Below are positions 1 to 16,530 of a stretch of 64,000 nt of DNA, one piece after another. Position 1 is the first letter of the stretch, and each line of letters starts with the position of its first letter. The notes under the pieces were generated by a model. That model saw nothing but the letters and a program-made list of their open reading frames with translations. It made no database searches and was not told where the DNA came from. A program made the position numbers and the translations under genes. The stretch is from Eledone cirrhosa (lineage: Eukaryota). The DNA is taken from contig OZ024740.1 of assembly GCA_964016885.1 (NCBI GenBank), forward strand, positions 38,440,001-38,504,000, in the 5' to 3' direction.

Positions 1-3000
1 ACAGTGTACCTAGCTATATCTTATAGTGCACCTAATTACATCTCACAGTGTACCTAGCTATATCTTATAGTGGACCTAATTACATCTCACAATATACCTA
101 GCTATATCTTATAGTGCACCTACTTATATCTCACAGTGTACCTAGCTATATCTTATAGTGCACCTAATTACATCTCACAGTGCACCTAGTTATATCTGAT
201 AGTACACCTAATTACATCTCACAGTATACCTAGCTATATCTAATAGTGCACCTAATTACATCTCACAGTGTACCTAGCTATATCTTATAGTGCACCTAAT
301 TACATCTCACAGTGTACCTAGCTATATCTGATAATGCACCTAATTACATCTCACAGTGCACCTAGTTATATCTGATAGTACACCTAATTACATCTCACAG
401 TATACCTAGCTATATCTAATAGTGCACCTAATTACATCTCACAGTGTACCTAGCTATATCTTTTAGTGCACCTAATTACATCTCACAGTGTACCTAGCTA
501 TATCTGATAGTGCACCTAATTACATCTCACAGTGCACCTAGCTATATCTTATAGTACACCCAATTACATCTCACAGTATACCTAGCTATATCTTTTAGTG
601 CACCTAATTACATCTCACAGTGTACCTAACTATATCTTATAGTGCACCTAATTACATCTCACAGTGTACCTAGCTATATCTTATAGTGCACCTAATTACA
701 TCTCACAGTGTACCTAGCTATATCTTATTGTGCACCTAATTACATCTCACAGTATACCTAGCTATATCTTATAGTGCACCTAATTACATCTCACAGTGTA
801 CCTAGCTATATCTTATAGTGCACCTAATTATATCTGACAGTGTACCCAGCTATATCTTATAGTGCACCTAATTACATCTCACAATGTACCTAGCTATATC
901 TTATGGTGCACCTAATTACATCTCACAGTGAACCTAGCTGTATCTTATGGTGCACCTAATTACATCTCACAGTGCACCTAGTTACATCTTATAGTACACC
1001 TAATTACAACTCACAGTGCACATAATTACATCTCACAGTACACCTAGTTACATCTTATGGTGCACCTAATTACATCTCACAGTGCACCTAGTTACATATT
1101 ATAGTACACCTAGTTACATCTTATGGTGCACCTAGTTACATCTTATGGTACACCTAATTACATCTCACAGTGTACCTAGCTATATCTTATAGTGCACTTA
1201 ATTGCATCTCACAGTATACCTAGCTATATTTTATAGTGCACCTAATTACATCTCACAGTGTACCTAGCTATATCTTATAGTGCACCTAATTACATCTCAC
1301 AGTGTACCTAGCTATATCTTATAGTGCACTTAATTACATCTCACAGTATACCTAGATATATCTTATAGTGCACCTAATTACATCTCACAGTGTGCCTAGC
1401 TATATCTTATAGTGCACCTAATTACATCTCACAGTGTACCTAGCTATATCTTATAGTGCACCTAATTATATCTCACAGTGTACCTAGCTATATCTTATAG
1501 TACACCTAATTACATCTTACAGTGTACCTAGCTATATCTTATAGTGCACCTAATTATATCTCACAGTGTACCTAGCTATATCTTATAGTGCACCTAATTA
1601 CATCTCACAGTGTAACTAGCTATATCTTATAGTGCACCTAATTACATCTCACAGTACACCTAGCTATATCTTATAGTGCACCTAATTACATCTCACAGTG
1701 TACCTAGCTATAACTTAAGGTACACCTAATTACATCTCACAGTGTACCTAGCTATATCTTATAGTGCACCTAATTACATCTCACAGTGTACCTAGCTATA
1801 TCTTAAGGTACACCTAATTACATCTCACAGTGTACCTAGCTATATCTTATAGTGCACCTAATTATATCTCACAGTATACCTAGCTATATCTTATAGTGCA
1901 CCTAATTACATCTCACAGTGTACCTAGCTATAATCTTATAGTGCACCTAATTACATCTCACAGTACACCTAGCTATATCTTATAGTGCACCTAATTACAT
2001 CTCACAGTGTACCTAGCTATAATCTTATAGTGCACCTAATTACATCTCACAGTGTACCTAGCTATAACTTAAGGTACACCTAATTACATCTCACAGTGTA
2101 CCTAGCTATATCTTATAGTGCACCTAATTACATCTCACAGTGTACCTAGCTATATTTTATAGTGCACCTAATTACATCTCACAGTGTACCTAGCTATAAT
2201 CTTATAGTGCACCTAATTACATCTCACAGTACACCTAGCTATATATTATAGTGCATCTAATTACATCTCACAGTGTACCTAGCTATAATCTTATAGTGCA
2301 CATAATTACATCTCACAGTGTACCTAGCTATAATCTTATAGTGCACCTAATTACATCTCACAGTACACCTAGCTATATCTTGTAGTGCACCTAATTACAT
2401 CTCACAGTGTACCTAGCTATAATCTTATAGTGCACCTAATTACATCTCACAGTACACCTAGCTATATCTTATAGTGCACCTAATTACATCTCACAGTACA
2501 CCTAGCTATATCTTATAGTGCATCTAATTACATCTCACAGTGTACCTAGCTATATCTTATAGTACACCTAATTATATCTCACAGTGTACCTAGCTATATC
2601 TTATAGTGCACCTAATTTCATCTCATAGTACACCTAGTTACATCTTATGGTGCACCTAATTACATCTCACAGTGCACCTAGTTACATATTATAGTACACC
2701 AAGTTACATCTTATGGTGCACCTAGTTACATCTTATGGTACACCTAATTACATCTCACAGTGTACCTAGCTATATCTTATAGTGCACCAAATTACATCTC
2801 ACAGTACACCTAGCTATATCTTATAGTGCATCTAATTACATCTCACAGTATACCTAGCTATATCTTATAGTGCACCTAATTACATCTCACAGTGTACCTA
2901 GCTATATCTTATAGTACACCTAATTACATCTCACAGTGTACCTAGCTATATCTTATAGTGCACCTAATTACATCTCACAGTGTACCTAGCTATATCTTAT

Positions 3001-4169
3001 AGTGCACCTAATTATATCTCACAGTGTACCTAGCTATAACTTATAGTGCACCTAATTACATCTCACAGTGTACCTAGCTATATCTTATAGTGCACCTAAT
3101 TACATCTCACAGTGTACCTAGCTATATCTTATAGTGCACCTAATTATATCTCACAGTGTAACTAGCTATATCTTATAGTGCACCTAATTACATCTCACAG
3201 TGTACCCAGCTATATCTTATAGTGCACCTAATTACATCTCACAGTGTACCTAGCTATATCCTATAGTGCACCTAATTACATCTGACAGTGTACCTAGCTA
3301 TATCTTATAGTGCACCTAATTACATCTCACAGTGTACCTAGCTATATCTTATAGTGCACCTAATTATATCTCACAGTGTACCCAGCCATATCTTATAGTG
3401 CACCTAATTACATCTCACAATGTACCTAGCTATATCTTATGGTGCACCTAATTACATCTCACAGTGTACCTAGCTGTATCTTATGGTGCACCTAATTACA
3501 TCTCACAGTGCACCTAGTTACATCTTATAGTACACCTAATTACAACTCACAGTGCACATAATTACATCTCACAGTACACCTAGTTACATCTGATGGTGCA
3601 CCTAATTACATCTCATAGTACACCTAGTTACATCTTATGGTGCACCTAATTACATCTTATGGTACACCTAATTACATCTCACAGTGTACCTAGCCATATC
3701 TTATAGTGCACCTAATTACATCTCACAATGTACCTAGCTATATCTTATAGTGCACCTAATTATATCTCACAGTGTACCTAGCTATATCTTATAATGCACC
3801 TAATTACATCTCACAGTGTACCTAGCTATATCTTATAGTACACCTAATTACATCTCACAGTGTACCTAGCTATATCTTATAGTGCACCTAATTATATCTC
3901 ACAGTGTACCTAGCTATATCTTATAGTACACCTAATTACATCTTACAGTGTACCTAGCTATATCTTATACTGCACCTAATTATATCTCACAGTGTACCTA
4001 GCTATAACTTATAGTGCACCTAATTACATCTCACAGTGTACCTAGCTATATCTTATAGTGCACCTAATTACATCTCACAGTGTACCTAGCTATATCTTAT
4101 AGTGCACCTAATTACATCTCACAGTGTAGCTAGCTATATCTTATAGTGCACCTAATTACATCTCACAGT

Positions 4170-7100
4170 GTACCTAGCTATATCTTAAGGTACACCAAAT
4201 TACATCTCACAGTGTACCTAGCTATATCTTATAGTGCACCTAATTATATCTCACAGTATACCTAGCTATATCTTATAGTGCACCTAATTACATCTTACAG
4301 TGTACCTAGCTATATCTTAAGGTACACCTAATTACATCTCACAGTGTACCTAGCTATATCTTATAGTGCACCTAATTATATCTCACAGTATACCTAGCTA
4401 TATCTTATAGTGCACCTAATTACATCTTACAGTGTACCTAGCTATAATCTTATAGTGCACCTAATTACATCTCACAGTACACCTAGCTATATCTTATAGT
4501 GCACCTAATTTCATCTCAGTGTACCTAGCTATAATCTTATAGTGCACCTAATTACATCTCACAGTACACCTAGCTATATCTTATAGTGCACCTATTTACA
4601 TCTCACAGTGTACCTAGCTATAATCTTATAGTGCACCTAATTACATCTCACAGTACACTTAGCTATATCTTATAGTGCACCTAATTACATCTCACAGTGT
4701 ACCTAGCTATAATCTTATAGTGCACCTAATTACATCTCACAGTACACCTAGCTATATCTTATAGTGCACCTAATTACATCTCACAGTGTACCTAGCTATA
4801 ATCTTATAGTGCACCTAATTACATCTCACAGTGTATCTAGCTATAATCTTATAGTGCACCTAATTACATCTCACAGTACACCTAGCTATATCTTATAGTG
4901 CACCTAATTACATCTCACAGTATACCTAGCTATAATCTTATAGTGCACCTAATTACATCTCACAGTACACCTAGCTATATCTTATAGTGCACCTAATTAC
5001 ATCTAACAGTGTACCTAGCTATAATCTTATAGTGCACCTAATTACATCTCACAGTACACCTAGCTATATCTTATAGTACACCTAATTATATCTCACAGTG
5101 TACCTAGCTATATCTTATAGTGTACCTAATTTCATCTCATAGTACACCTAGTTACATCTTATGGTGCACCTAATTACATCTCACAGTGCACCTAGTTACA
5201 TATTATAGTACACCAAGTTACATCTTATGGTACACCTAATTACATCTCACAGTGTACCTAGCTATATCTTATAGTGCACCTAATTACATCTCACAGTGTA
5301 CCTAGCTATATTTTATAGTGCACCTAATTACATCTCACAGTGTACCTAGCTATATTTTATAGTGCACCTAATTACATCTCACAGTGTACCTAGCTATATC
5401 TTATAGTGCACCTAATTACATCTCACAGTGTACCTAGCTATATCTTATAGTGCACCTAATTACATCTCACAGTGTACCTAGCTATATCTTATAGTGCACC
5501 TAATTATATCTCACAGTGTACCTAGCTATATCTTATAGTGCACCTAATTACATCTCACAGTGTACCTAGCTATATCTTATAGTGCACCTAATTACATCTC
5601 ACAGTGTACCTAGCTATATCTTATAGTGCACCTAATTACATCTCACAGTGTACCTAGCTATATCTTATAGTGCACCTAATTACATCTCACAGTGTACCTA
5701 GCTATATCTTATAGTACACCTAATTACATCTCACAGTGTACCTAACTATATCTTATAGTGCACCTAATTATATCTCACAGTGTACCTAGCTATATCTTAT
5801 AGTGCACCTAATTACATCTCACAGTGTACCCAGCTATATCTTATAGTGCACCTAATTACATCTCACAGTGTACCTAGCTATATCTTATAGTGCACCTAAT
5901 TACATCTCACAGTGCACCTAGCTATATCTTATAGTGCACCTAATTACATCTCAGAGTGCACCTAGTTACGTCTTATAGTGCACCTAATTACATCTCACAG
6001 TGCATCTAGTTACATCTTATAGTACACCTAATTACAACTCACAGTGCACATAATTACATCTCACAGTACACTAGTTACATCAGATGGTGCACCTAATTAC
6101 ATCTCACAGTGCACCTAGTTACATATTATAGTACACCTAGTTACATCTTATGGTGCACCTAGTTACATCTTATGCTACACCTAATTACATCTCACAGTGT
6201 ACCTAGCAATATCTTATAGTGCACCTAATTATATCTCACAGTGTACCTAGCTATATCTTATAGTGCACCTAATTACATCTCACAGTACACCTAGCTATAT
6301 CTAATAGTGCACCTAATTACATCTCACAGTACACCTAGCTATATCTTATAGTGCACCTAATTATATCACACAGTGTACCTAGTTATATCTTATAGTGCAC
6401 CTAATTACATCTCACAGTGTACCTAGCTATATCTTATAGTGCACCTAATTACATCTCACAGTGTACCTAGCTATATCTTATAGTGCACCTAATTACATCT
6501 CACAGTGTACCTAGCTATATCTTATAGTGCACCTAATTACATCTCACAGTGCACCTAGTTACATCTTATGGTGCACCTAATTTCATCTCATAGTACACCT
6601 AGTTACATCTTATGGTGCACCTAGTTATATCTTATAGTGCATCTAATTACATCTCACAGTGTACCTAGCTATATCTTATAGTGCATCTAATTACATCTCA
6701 CAGTGTACCTAGCTATATCTTATAGTGCACCTAATTACATCTCACAGTGTACCTAGCTATATCTTATAGTGCACCTAATTATATCTCACAGTGTACCTAG
6801 CTATATCTTATAGTGCACCTAATTACATCTCACAGTGTACCTAGCTATATCTTATAGTGCACCTAATTACATCTCACAGTGTACCTAGCTATATCTTATA
6901 GTGCATCTAATTACATCTCACAGTGTACCTAGCTATATCTTATAGTGCATCTAATTACATCTCACAGTGTACCTAGCTATATCTTATAGTGCATCTAATT
7001 ACATCTCACAGTGTACCTAGCTATATCTTATAGTGCACCTAATTACATCTCACAGTGTACCTAGCTATATCTTATAGTGCACCTAATTACATCTCACACT

Positions 7101-9820
7101 GTACCTAGCTATATCTTATAGTGCACCTAACTACATCTCACAGTGTACCTAGCTATATCTTATAGTGCAATTAAGTACATCTCACAGTGTACCTAGCTAT
7201 ATCTTATGGTGCACCTAATTACATCTCACAGTGTACCTAGCTATATCTTATAGTACACCTAATTACATCTCACAGTGTACCTAGCTATATCTTATAGTGC
7301 ACCTAATTACATCTCACAGTGTACCTAGCTATATCTTATAGTGCACCTAATTACATCTCACAGTGTACCTAGCTATATCTTATAGTACACCTAATTACAT
7401 CTCACAGTGTACCTAGCTATATCTTATAGTGCACCTAATTACATCTCACAGTGTACCTAGCTATATCTTATAGTGTACCTAATTACATCTCACAGTGTAC
7501 CCAGCTATATCTTATAGTGCACCTAATTACATCTCACAGTGTACCTAGCTATATCTTATAGTGCACCTAATTACATCTCACAGTGTACCTAGCTATATCT
7601 TATAGTGCACCTACTTACATCTCACAGTGTACCTAGCTATATCTTATAGTGGACCTAATTACATCTCACAGTGTACCCAGCTATATCTTATAGTGAAGCT
7701 AATTACATCTCACAGTGTACCTAGCTATATCTTATAGTACACCTAATTACATCTCCCAGTACACCTAGCTATATCTTATAGAGCACCTAATTATATCTCA
7801 CAGTGTACCTAGCTATATCTTAAGGTACACCTAATTACATCTCACAGTGTACCCAGCTATATCTTATAGTGAAGCTAATTACATCTCACAGTGTACCTAG
7901 CTATATCTTATAGTACACCTAATTACATCTCCCAGTACACCTAGCTATATCTTATAGAGCACCTAATTATATCTCACAGTGTACCTAGCTATATCTTAAG
8001 GTACACCTAATTACATCTCACAGTGTACCTAGCTATATCTTAAGGTACACCAAATTACATCTCACAGTGTACCTAGCTATATCTTATAGTGCACCTAATT
8101 ACATCTTACAGTGTACCTAGCTATATCTTAAGGTACACCTAATTACATCTCACAGTGTACCTAGCTATATCTTATAGTGCACCTAATTACATCTTACAGT
8201 GTACCTAGCTATATCTTAAGGTACACCTAATTACATCTCACAGTGTACCTAGCTATATCTTATAGTGCACCTAATTATATCTCACAGTATACCTAGCTAT
8301 ATCTTATAGTGCACCTAATTACATCTTACAGTGTACCTAGCTATAATCTTATAGTGCACCTAATTACATCTCACAGTACACCTAGCTATATCTTATAGTG
8401 CACCTAATTTCATCTCAGTGTACCTAGCTATAATCTTATAGTGCACCTAATTACATCTCACAGTACACCTAGCTATATCTTATAGTGCACCTATTTACAT
8501 CTCACAGTGTACCTAGCTATAATCTTATAGTGCACCTAATTACATCTCACAGTACACTTAGCTATATCTTATAGTGCACCTAATTACATCTCACAGTGTA
8601 CCTAGCTATAATCTTATAGTGCACCTAATTACATCTCACAGTACACCTAGCTATATCTTATAGTGCACCTAATTACATCTCACAGTGTACCTAGCTATAA
8701 TCTTATAGTGCACCTAATTACATCTCACAGTGTATCTAGCTATAATCTTATAGTGCACCTAATTACATCTCACAGTACACCTAGCTATATCTTATAGTGC
8801 ACCTAATTACATCTCACAATGTACCTAGCTATAATCTTATAGTGCACATAATTACATCTCACAGTACACCTAGCTATATCTTATAGTGCACCTAATTACA
8901 TCTAACAGTGTACCTAGCTATAATCTTATAGTGCACCTAATTACATCTCACAGTACACCTAGCTATATCTTATAGTACACCTAATTATATCTCACAGTGT
9001 ACCTAGCTATATCTTATAGTGCACCTAATTTCATCTCATAGTACACCTAGTTACATCTTATGGTGCACCTAATTACATCTCACAGTGCACCTAGTTACAT
9101 ATTATAGTACACCAAGTTACATCTTATGGTGCACCTAGTTACATCTTATGGTACACCTAATTACATCTCACAGTGTACCTAGCTATATCTTATAGTGCAC
9201 CTAATTACATCTCACAGTGTACCTAGCTATATTTTATAGTGCACCTAATTACATCTCACAGTGTACCTAGCTATATCTTATAGTGCACCTAATTACATCT
9301 CACAGTGTACCTAGCTATATCTTATAGTACACCTAATTACATCTCACAGTGTACCTAGCTATATCTTATAGTGCACCTAATTATATCTCACAGTGTACCT
9401 AGCTATATCTTATAGTGCACCTAATTACATCTCACAGTGTACCCAGCTATATCTTATAGTGCACCTAATTACATCTCACAGTGTACCTAGCTATATCTTA
9501 TAGTGCACCTAATTACATCTCACAGTGCACCTAGCTATATCTTATAGTGCACCTAATTACATCTCAGAGTGCACCTAGTTACGTCTTATAGTGCACCTAA
9601 TTACATCTCACAGTGCACCTAGTTACATCTTATAGTACACCTAATTACAACTCACAGTGCACATAATTACATCTCACAGTACACTAGTTACATCAGATGG
9701 TGCACCTAATTACATCTCACAGTGCACCTAGTTACATATTATAGTACACCTAGTTACATCTTATGGTGCACCTAGTTACATCTTATGCTACACCTAATTA
9801 CATCTCACAGTGTACCTAGC
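4170..9820 (+). repeat. Internal dispersed duplication (about 4170-6200 vs about 8030-9820)
   Basis: Shared rare variants TTTCATCTCAGT (4511/8410), CCTATTTAC, ACACTTAGC, TCTAACAG, CAGAGTGCACCTAGTTACGTC and GTACACTAGTTACATCAGATGG (about 6066/9679). The offset shifts from 3,899 to 3,613 (13 x 22). Confidence 0.88.
7660..8011 (+). repeat. 176-bp (4 x 44) tandem duplication
   Basis: The series GTGAAGCT / CTCCCAG / GAGCACC / TAAGGTAC starts at 7693 and again at 7869. A single copy of the same series is at about 11723. Confidence 0.9.
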
Positions 9821-9839
9821 TATATCTTATAGTGCACCT

Positions 9840-10960
9840 AATTACATCTCACAGTGCCCCTAGTTACGTCTTATAGTGCACCTAATTACATCTCACAGTG
9901 CACCTAATTACATCTCACAGTACACCTAGTTACATATTATAGTACACCTAGTTACATCTTATGGTGCACCTAGTTACATCTTATGCTACACCTAATTACA
10001 TCTCACAGTGTACCTAGCTATATCTTATAGTGCACCTAATTACATCTCACAGTACACCTAGCTATATCTTATAGTGCACCTAATTATATCTCACAGTGTA
10101 CCTAGCTATATCTTATAGTGCACCTAATTACATCTCACAGTACACCTAGCTATATCTAATAGTGCACCTAATTACATCTCACAGTGTACCTAGCTATATC
10201 TTATAGTGCACCTAATTATATCACACAGTGTACCTAGTTATATCTTATAGTGCACCTAATTACATCTCACAGTGTACCTAGCTATATCTTATAGTGCACC
10301 TAATTACATCTCACAGTGTACCTAGCTATATCTTATAGTGCACCTAATTACATCTCACAGTGTACCTAGCTATATCTTATAGTGCACCTAATTACATCTC
10401 ACAGTGCACCTAATTACATCTCACAGTACACCTAGTTACATTTATGGTGCACCTAATTTCATCTCATAGTACACCTAGTTACATCTTATGGTGCACCTAG
10501 TTATATCTTATAGTGCACCTAATTACATCTCACAGTGTACCTAGCTATATCTTATAGTGCACCTAATTACATCTCACAGTGTACCTAGCTATATCTTATA
10601 GTGCACCTAATTACATCTCACAGTGCCCCTAGTTACGTCTTATAGTGCACCTAATTACATCTCACAGTGCACCTAATTACATCTCACAGTACACCTAGTT
10701 ACATATTATAGTACACCTAGTTACATCTTATGGTGCACCTAGTTACATCTTATGCTACACCTAATTACATCTCACAGTGTACCTAGCTATATCTTATAGT
10801 GCACCTAATTACATCTCACAGTACACCTAGCTATATCTTATAGTGCACCTAATTATATCTCACAGTGTACCTAGCTATATCTTATAGTGCACCTAATTAC
10901 ATCTCACAGTACACCTAGCTATATCTAATAGTGCACCTAATTACATCTCACAGTGTACCT
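9840..10960 (+). repeat. Local duplication at 769-bp offset
   Basis: GTGCCCCTAGTTACGTC at 9854 and 10623, each followed by TATGCTACAC and TATCTAATAG. 769 = 35 x 22 - 1, consistent with the 1-bp deletion at about 10441. Confidence 0.85.
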
Positions 10961-13744
10961 AGCTATATCTTATAGTGCATCTAATTACATCTCACAGTGT
11001 ACCTAGCTATATCTTATAGTGCACCTAATTATATCTCACAGTGTACCTAGCTATATCTTATAGTGCACCTGATTACATCTCACAGTGTACCTAGCTATAT
11101 CTTATAGTGGACCTAATTACATCTCACAGTGTACCTAGCTATATCTTATAGTGCACCTAATTACATCTCACAGTGTACCTAGCTATATCTTATAGTGCAC
11201 CTAATTACATCTCACAGTGTACCCAGCTATATCTTATAGTACACCTAATTACATCTCACAGTGTACCTAGCTATATCTTATAGTGCACCTAATTATATCT
11301 CACAGTGTACCTAGCTATATCTTATAGTGCACCTGATTACATCTCACAGTGTACCTAGCTATATCTTATAGTGGACCTAATTACATCTCACAGTGTACCT
11401 AGCTATATCTTATAGTGCACCTAATTACATCTCACAGTGTACCTAGCTATATCTTATAGTGCACCTAATCACATCTCACAGTGTACCCAGCTATATCTTA
11501 TAGTGCACCTAATTACATCTCACAGTGTACCTAGCTATATCTTATAGTGCACCTAATTACATCTCACAGTGTACCTAGCTATATCTTATAGTGCACCTAC
11601 TTACATCTCACAGTGTACCTAGCTATATCTTATAGTGGACCTAATTACATCTCACAGTGTACCTAGCTATATCTTATAGTGGACCTAATTACATCTCACA
11701 GTGTACCCAGCTATATCTTATAGTGAAGCTAATTACATCTCACAGTGTACCTAGCTATATCTTATAGTACACCTAATTACATCTCCCAGTACACCTAGCT
11801 ATATCTTATAGAGCACCTAATTATATCTCACAGTGTACCTAGCTATATCTTAAGGTACACCTAATTACATCTCACAGTGTACCTAGCTATATCTTATAGT
11901 GCACCTAATTACATCTCACAGTGTACCTAGCTATATCTTATAGTACACCTAATTACATCTCACAGTGTACCTAGCTATATCTTATAGTACACCTAATTAC
12001 ATCTCACAGTGTACCTAGCTATATCTTATAGTACACCTAATTACATCTCACAGTACACCTAGCTATATCTTATAGTGCACCTAATTCTATCTCACAATGT
12101 ACCTAGCTATATCTTATAGTGCACCTAATTACATCTCACAGTGTACCTAGCTATATCTTATAGTGCACCTAATTACATTTCACAGAGTACTTAGCTATAT
12201 CTTATAGTGCACCTAATTACATCTCACAGTATACCTAGCTATATCTTATAGTGCAATTAAGTACATCTCACAGTGTACCTAGCTATATCTTATAGTGCAC
12301 CTAATTACATCTCACAGTACACCTAGCTATATCTTATAGTACACCTAATTACATCTCACAGTGTACCTAGCTATATCTGATAGTGCACCTAATTACATCT
12401 CACAGTGTACCTAGCTATATCTTATAGTGCACCTAATTACATCTCACAGTGTACCTAGCTATATCTTATAGTGCACCTAATTACATCTCACAGTGTACCC
12501 AGCTATATCTTATAGTGCACCTAATTACATCTCACAGTGTACCTAGCTATATCTTATAGTGCACCTAATTACATCTCACAGTGTACCTAACTATATCTTA
12601 TAGTGTACATAATTACATCTCACAGTGTACCTAGCTATATCTTATAGTGCACCTAATTACATTTCACAGTGTACTTAGCTATATCTTATAGTGCACCTAA
12701 TTACATCTCACAGTATACCTAGCTATATCTTATAGTGCAATTAAGTACATCTCACAGTGTACCTAGCTATATCTTATAGTGCACCTAATTACATCTCACG
12801 GTGCACCTAATTACATCTCACAGTACACGTAGTAACATCTTATGGTGCACCTAATTTCATCTCATAGTACTCCTAGTTACATCTTATGGTGCACCTAATT
12901 ATATCTCACAGTGCACCTAGTTACATATTATAGTACACCTAGTTACATCTTATGGTGCACCTAGTTACATCTTATGGTGCACCTAGTTACATCTCACGGT
13001 GCACCTAGTTACATCTTATGGTGCACCTAATTACATCTTAAGGTGCACCTAGTTACATCTCACAGTACACCTAATTACATCTCACAGTGCACCTAGTTAC
13101 ATCTTATAGTGCATCTAGTTACATTTTATGGTGCACCTAATTACATCTCACAGTGCACCAAATTACATCTTATGGTGCACCTAATTACATCTCACAGTGT
13201 ACCTAGCTATATCTTATAGTGCACCTAATTACATCTCACAGTGTACCTAGCTATATCTTTTAGTGCACCTAATTACATCTCACAGTGTACCTAGCTATAA
13301 TCTTATAGTGCACCTAATTACATCTCACAGTGTACATAGCTATATCTTATAGTGCACCTAATTACATCTCACAGTGTACCTAGCTATATCTTATGGTACA
13401 CCTAATTACATCTCACAGTATACCTAGCTATATCTTATAGTGCACCTAATTACATCTCACAGTGTACCTAGCTATATCTGATAGTGCACCTAATTACATC
13501 TCACAGTGTACCTAGCTATATCTGATAGTGCACCTAATTACATCTCACAGTGTACCTAGCTATATCTTATAGTGCACCTAATTACATCTCACAGTGTACC
13601 TAGCTATATCTGATAGTGCACCTAATTACATCTCACAGTGTACCTAGCTATATCTTATAGTGCACCTAATTACATCTCACAGTGTACCTAACTATATCTT
13701 ATAGTGCACCTAATTACATCTCACAGTGTACCTAGCTATATCTT

Positions 13745-14000
13745 ATAGTGCAACTAATTACATCTCACAGTACACCTAGCTATATCTTATGGTACACCTA
13801 ATTACATCTCACAGTGTACCTAGCGATATCTTATAGTGCAACTAATTACATCTCACAGTACACCTAGCTATATCTTATGGTACACCTAATTACATCTCAC
13901 AGTGTACCTAGCTATATCTTATAGTGCAACTAATTACATCTCACAGTACACCTAGCTATATCTTATGGTACACCTAATTACATCTCACAGTGTACCTAGC
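13745..14000 (+). repeat. 88-bp (2 x 44) local higher-order repeat, three copies
   Basis: GCAACTAATT...AGTACACC...GGTACACC with CAACT at 13751, 13839 and 13927. Confidence 0.9.
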
Positions 14001-14999
14001 TATATCTTATAGTGCACCTAATTACATCTCACAGTGTACCTAGCTATATCTTATAGTGCACATAATTACATCTCACAGTGTACCTAGCTATATCTTATAG
14101 TGCACCTAATTATATCACACAGTGTACCTAGCTATATCTTATAGTGCACCTAATTACATCTCACAGTGTACCTAGTTACATCTTATAGTACACCTAATTA
14201 CATCTCACAGTGTACCTAGCTATATCTTATAGTGCACCTAACTATATCTCACAGTGTACCTAGCTATATCTTATAGTGCACCTAATTATATCACACAGTG
14301 TACCTAGTTATATCTTATTTTGCACCTAATTACATCTCAGTGTACCTAGCTATATATTATAGTACACCTAATTACATCTCACAGTGTACCTAGCTATATC
14401 TTAGTGTGCACCTAATTACATCTCACAGTGTACCTAGCTATATCTGATAGTGCACCTAATTACATCTCACAGTACACCTAGCTATATCTTATAGTACACC
14501 TAATTACATCTCACAGTGCACCTAATTACATCTCACAGTACACCTAGTTACATCTTATGGTGCACCTAATTTCATCTCATAGTACACCTAGTTACATCTT
14601 ATGGTGCATCTAGTTACATCTTATAGTGCACCTAATTACATCTCACAGTGTACCTAGCTATATCTTATAGTGCACCTAATTACATCTCACAGTGTACCTA
14701 GCTATATCTTATAGTGCACCTAATTACATTTCACAGAGTACTTAGCTATATCTTATAGTACACCTAATTACATCTCACAGTGTACCTAGCTATATCTTAT
14801 AGTGCACCTAATTATATCTCACAGTGTACCTAGCTATATCTTATAGTGCACCTAATTACATCTCACAGTGTACCTAGCTATATCTTATAGTGGACCTAAT
14901 TACATCTCACAGTGTACCTAGCTATATCTTATAGTGCACCTAATTACATCTCACAGTGTACCTAGCTATATCTTATAGTGGACCTAATTACATCTCACA

Positions 15000-16530
15000 G
15001 TGTACCTAGCTATATCTTATAGTGCACCTAATTACAGCTCACAGTGTACCTAGCTATATCTTATAGTGAACCTAATTATATCTCACAGTGTACCTAGCTA
15101 TATCTTATAGTGCACCTAATTACATCTCACAGTACACCTAGTTACATCTTATAGTGCACCTAATTACATCTCACAGTGTACCTAGTTACATCTTATGGTG
15201 CACCTAATTTCATCTCATAGTACACCTAGTTACATCTTATGGTGCACCTAATTACATCTCACAGTGCACCTAGTTACATATTATAGTACACCTAGTTACA
15301 TCTTATGGTGCACCTAGTTACATCTTATGGTACACCTAATTATATCTCACAGTGTACCTAGCTATATCTTATAGTGCACCTAATTACATCTCACAGTGTA
15401 CCTAGCTATATCTTATAGTGCACCTAATTACAGCTCACAGTGTACCTAGCTATATCTTATAGTGAACCTAATTATATCTCACAGTGCACCTAGTTATATC
15501 TTATAGTCCACCTAATTACATCTCACAGTACACCTAGTTACATCTTATAGTGCACCTAATTACATCTCACAGTGTACCTAGTTACATCTTATGGTGCACC
15601 TAATTTCATCTCATAGTACACCTAGTTACATCTTATGGTGCACCTAATTACATCTCACAGTGCACCTAGTTACATATTATAGTACACCTAGTTATATCTT
15701 ATGGTGCACCTAGTTACATCTTATGGTACACCTAATTATATCTCACAGTGTACCTAGCTATATCTTATAGTGCACCTAATTACATCTCAGAGTGTACCTA
15801 GCTATATCTTATAGTGCACCTAATTACATCTCACAGTGTACCTAGCTATATCTTATAGTGCACCTAATTATATCTCACAGTGTACATAGCTATATCTTAT
15901 AATGCACCTAATTATATCTCACAGTGTACCTAGCTATATCTTATAGTGCACCTAATTACATTTCACATAGTACCTAGCTATATCTTATAGTGGACCTAAT
16001 TACATCTCACAGTGTACCTAGCTATATCTTATAGTGCACCTAATTACATCTCACAGTGTACCTAGCTATATCTTATAGTGGACCTAATTACATCTCACAG
16101 TGTACCTAGCTATATCTTATAGTGCACCTAATTACATCTCACAGTGTACCTAGCTATATCTTATAGTGGACCTAATTACATCTCACAGTGTACCTAGCTA
16201 TATCTTATAGTGCACCTAATTACAGCTCACAGTGTACCTAGCTATATCTTATAGTGAACCTAATTATATCTCACAGTGTACCTAGCTATATCTTATAGTG
16301 CACCTAATTACATCTCACAGTACACCTAGTTACATCTTATAGTGCACCTAATTACATCTCACAGTGTACCTAGTTACATCTTATGGTGCACCTAATTTCA
16401 TCTCATAGTACACCTAGTTACATCTTATGGTGCACCTAATTACATCTCACAGTGCACCTAGTTACATATTATAGTACACCTAGTTATATCTTATGGTGCA
16501 CCTAGTTACATCTTATGGTACACCTAATTA
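15000..16530 (+). repeat. About 396-bp module (18 monomers) in three copies, each ending in a C-monomer island
   Basis: CAGCTCAC followed by GTGAACC at 15035, 15431 and 16223 (offsets 396 and 792). Confidence 0.85.

Noticed and set aside
7660-8011. 176-bp nucleosome-length HOR as the organising period
   Set aside because: It is only a local two-copy duplication and is not the dominant period elsewhere.
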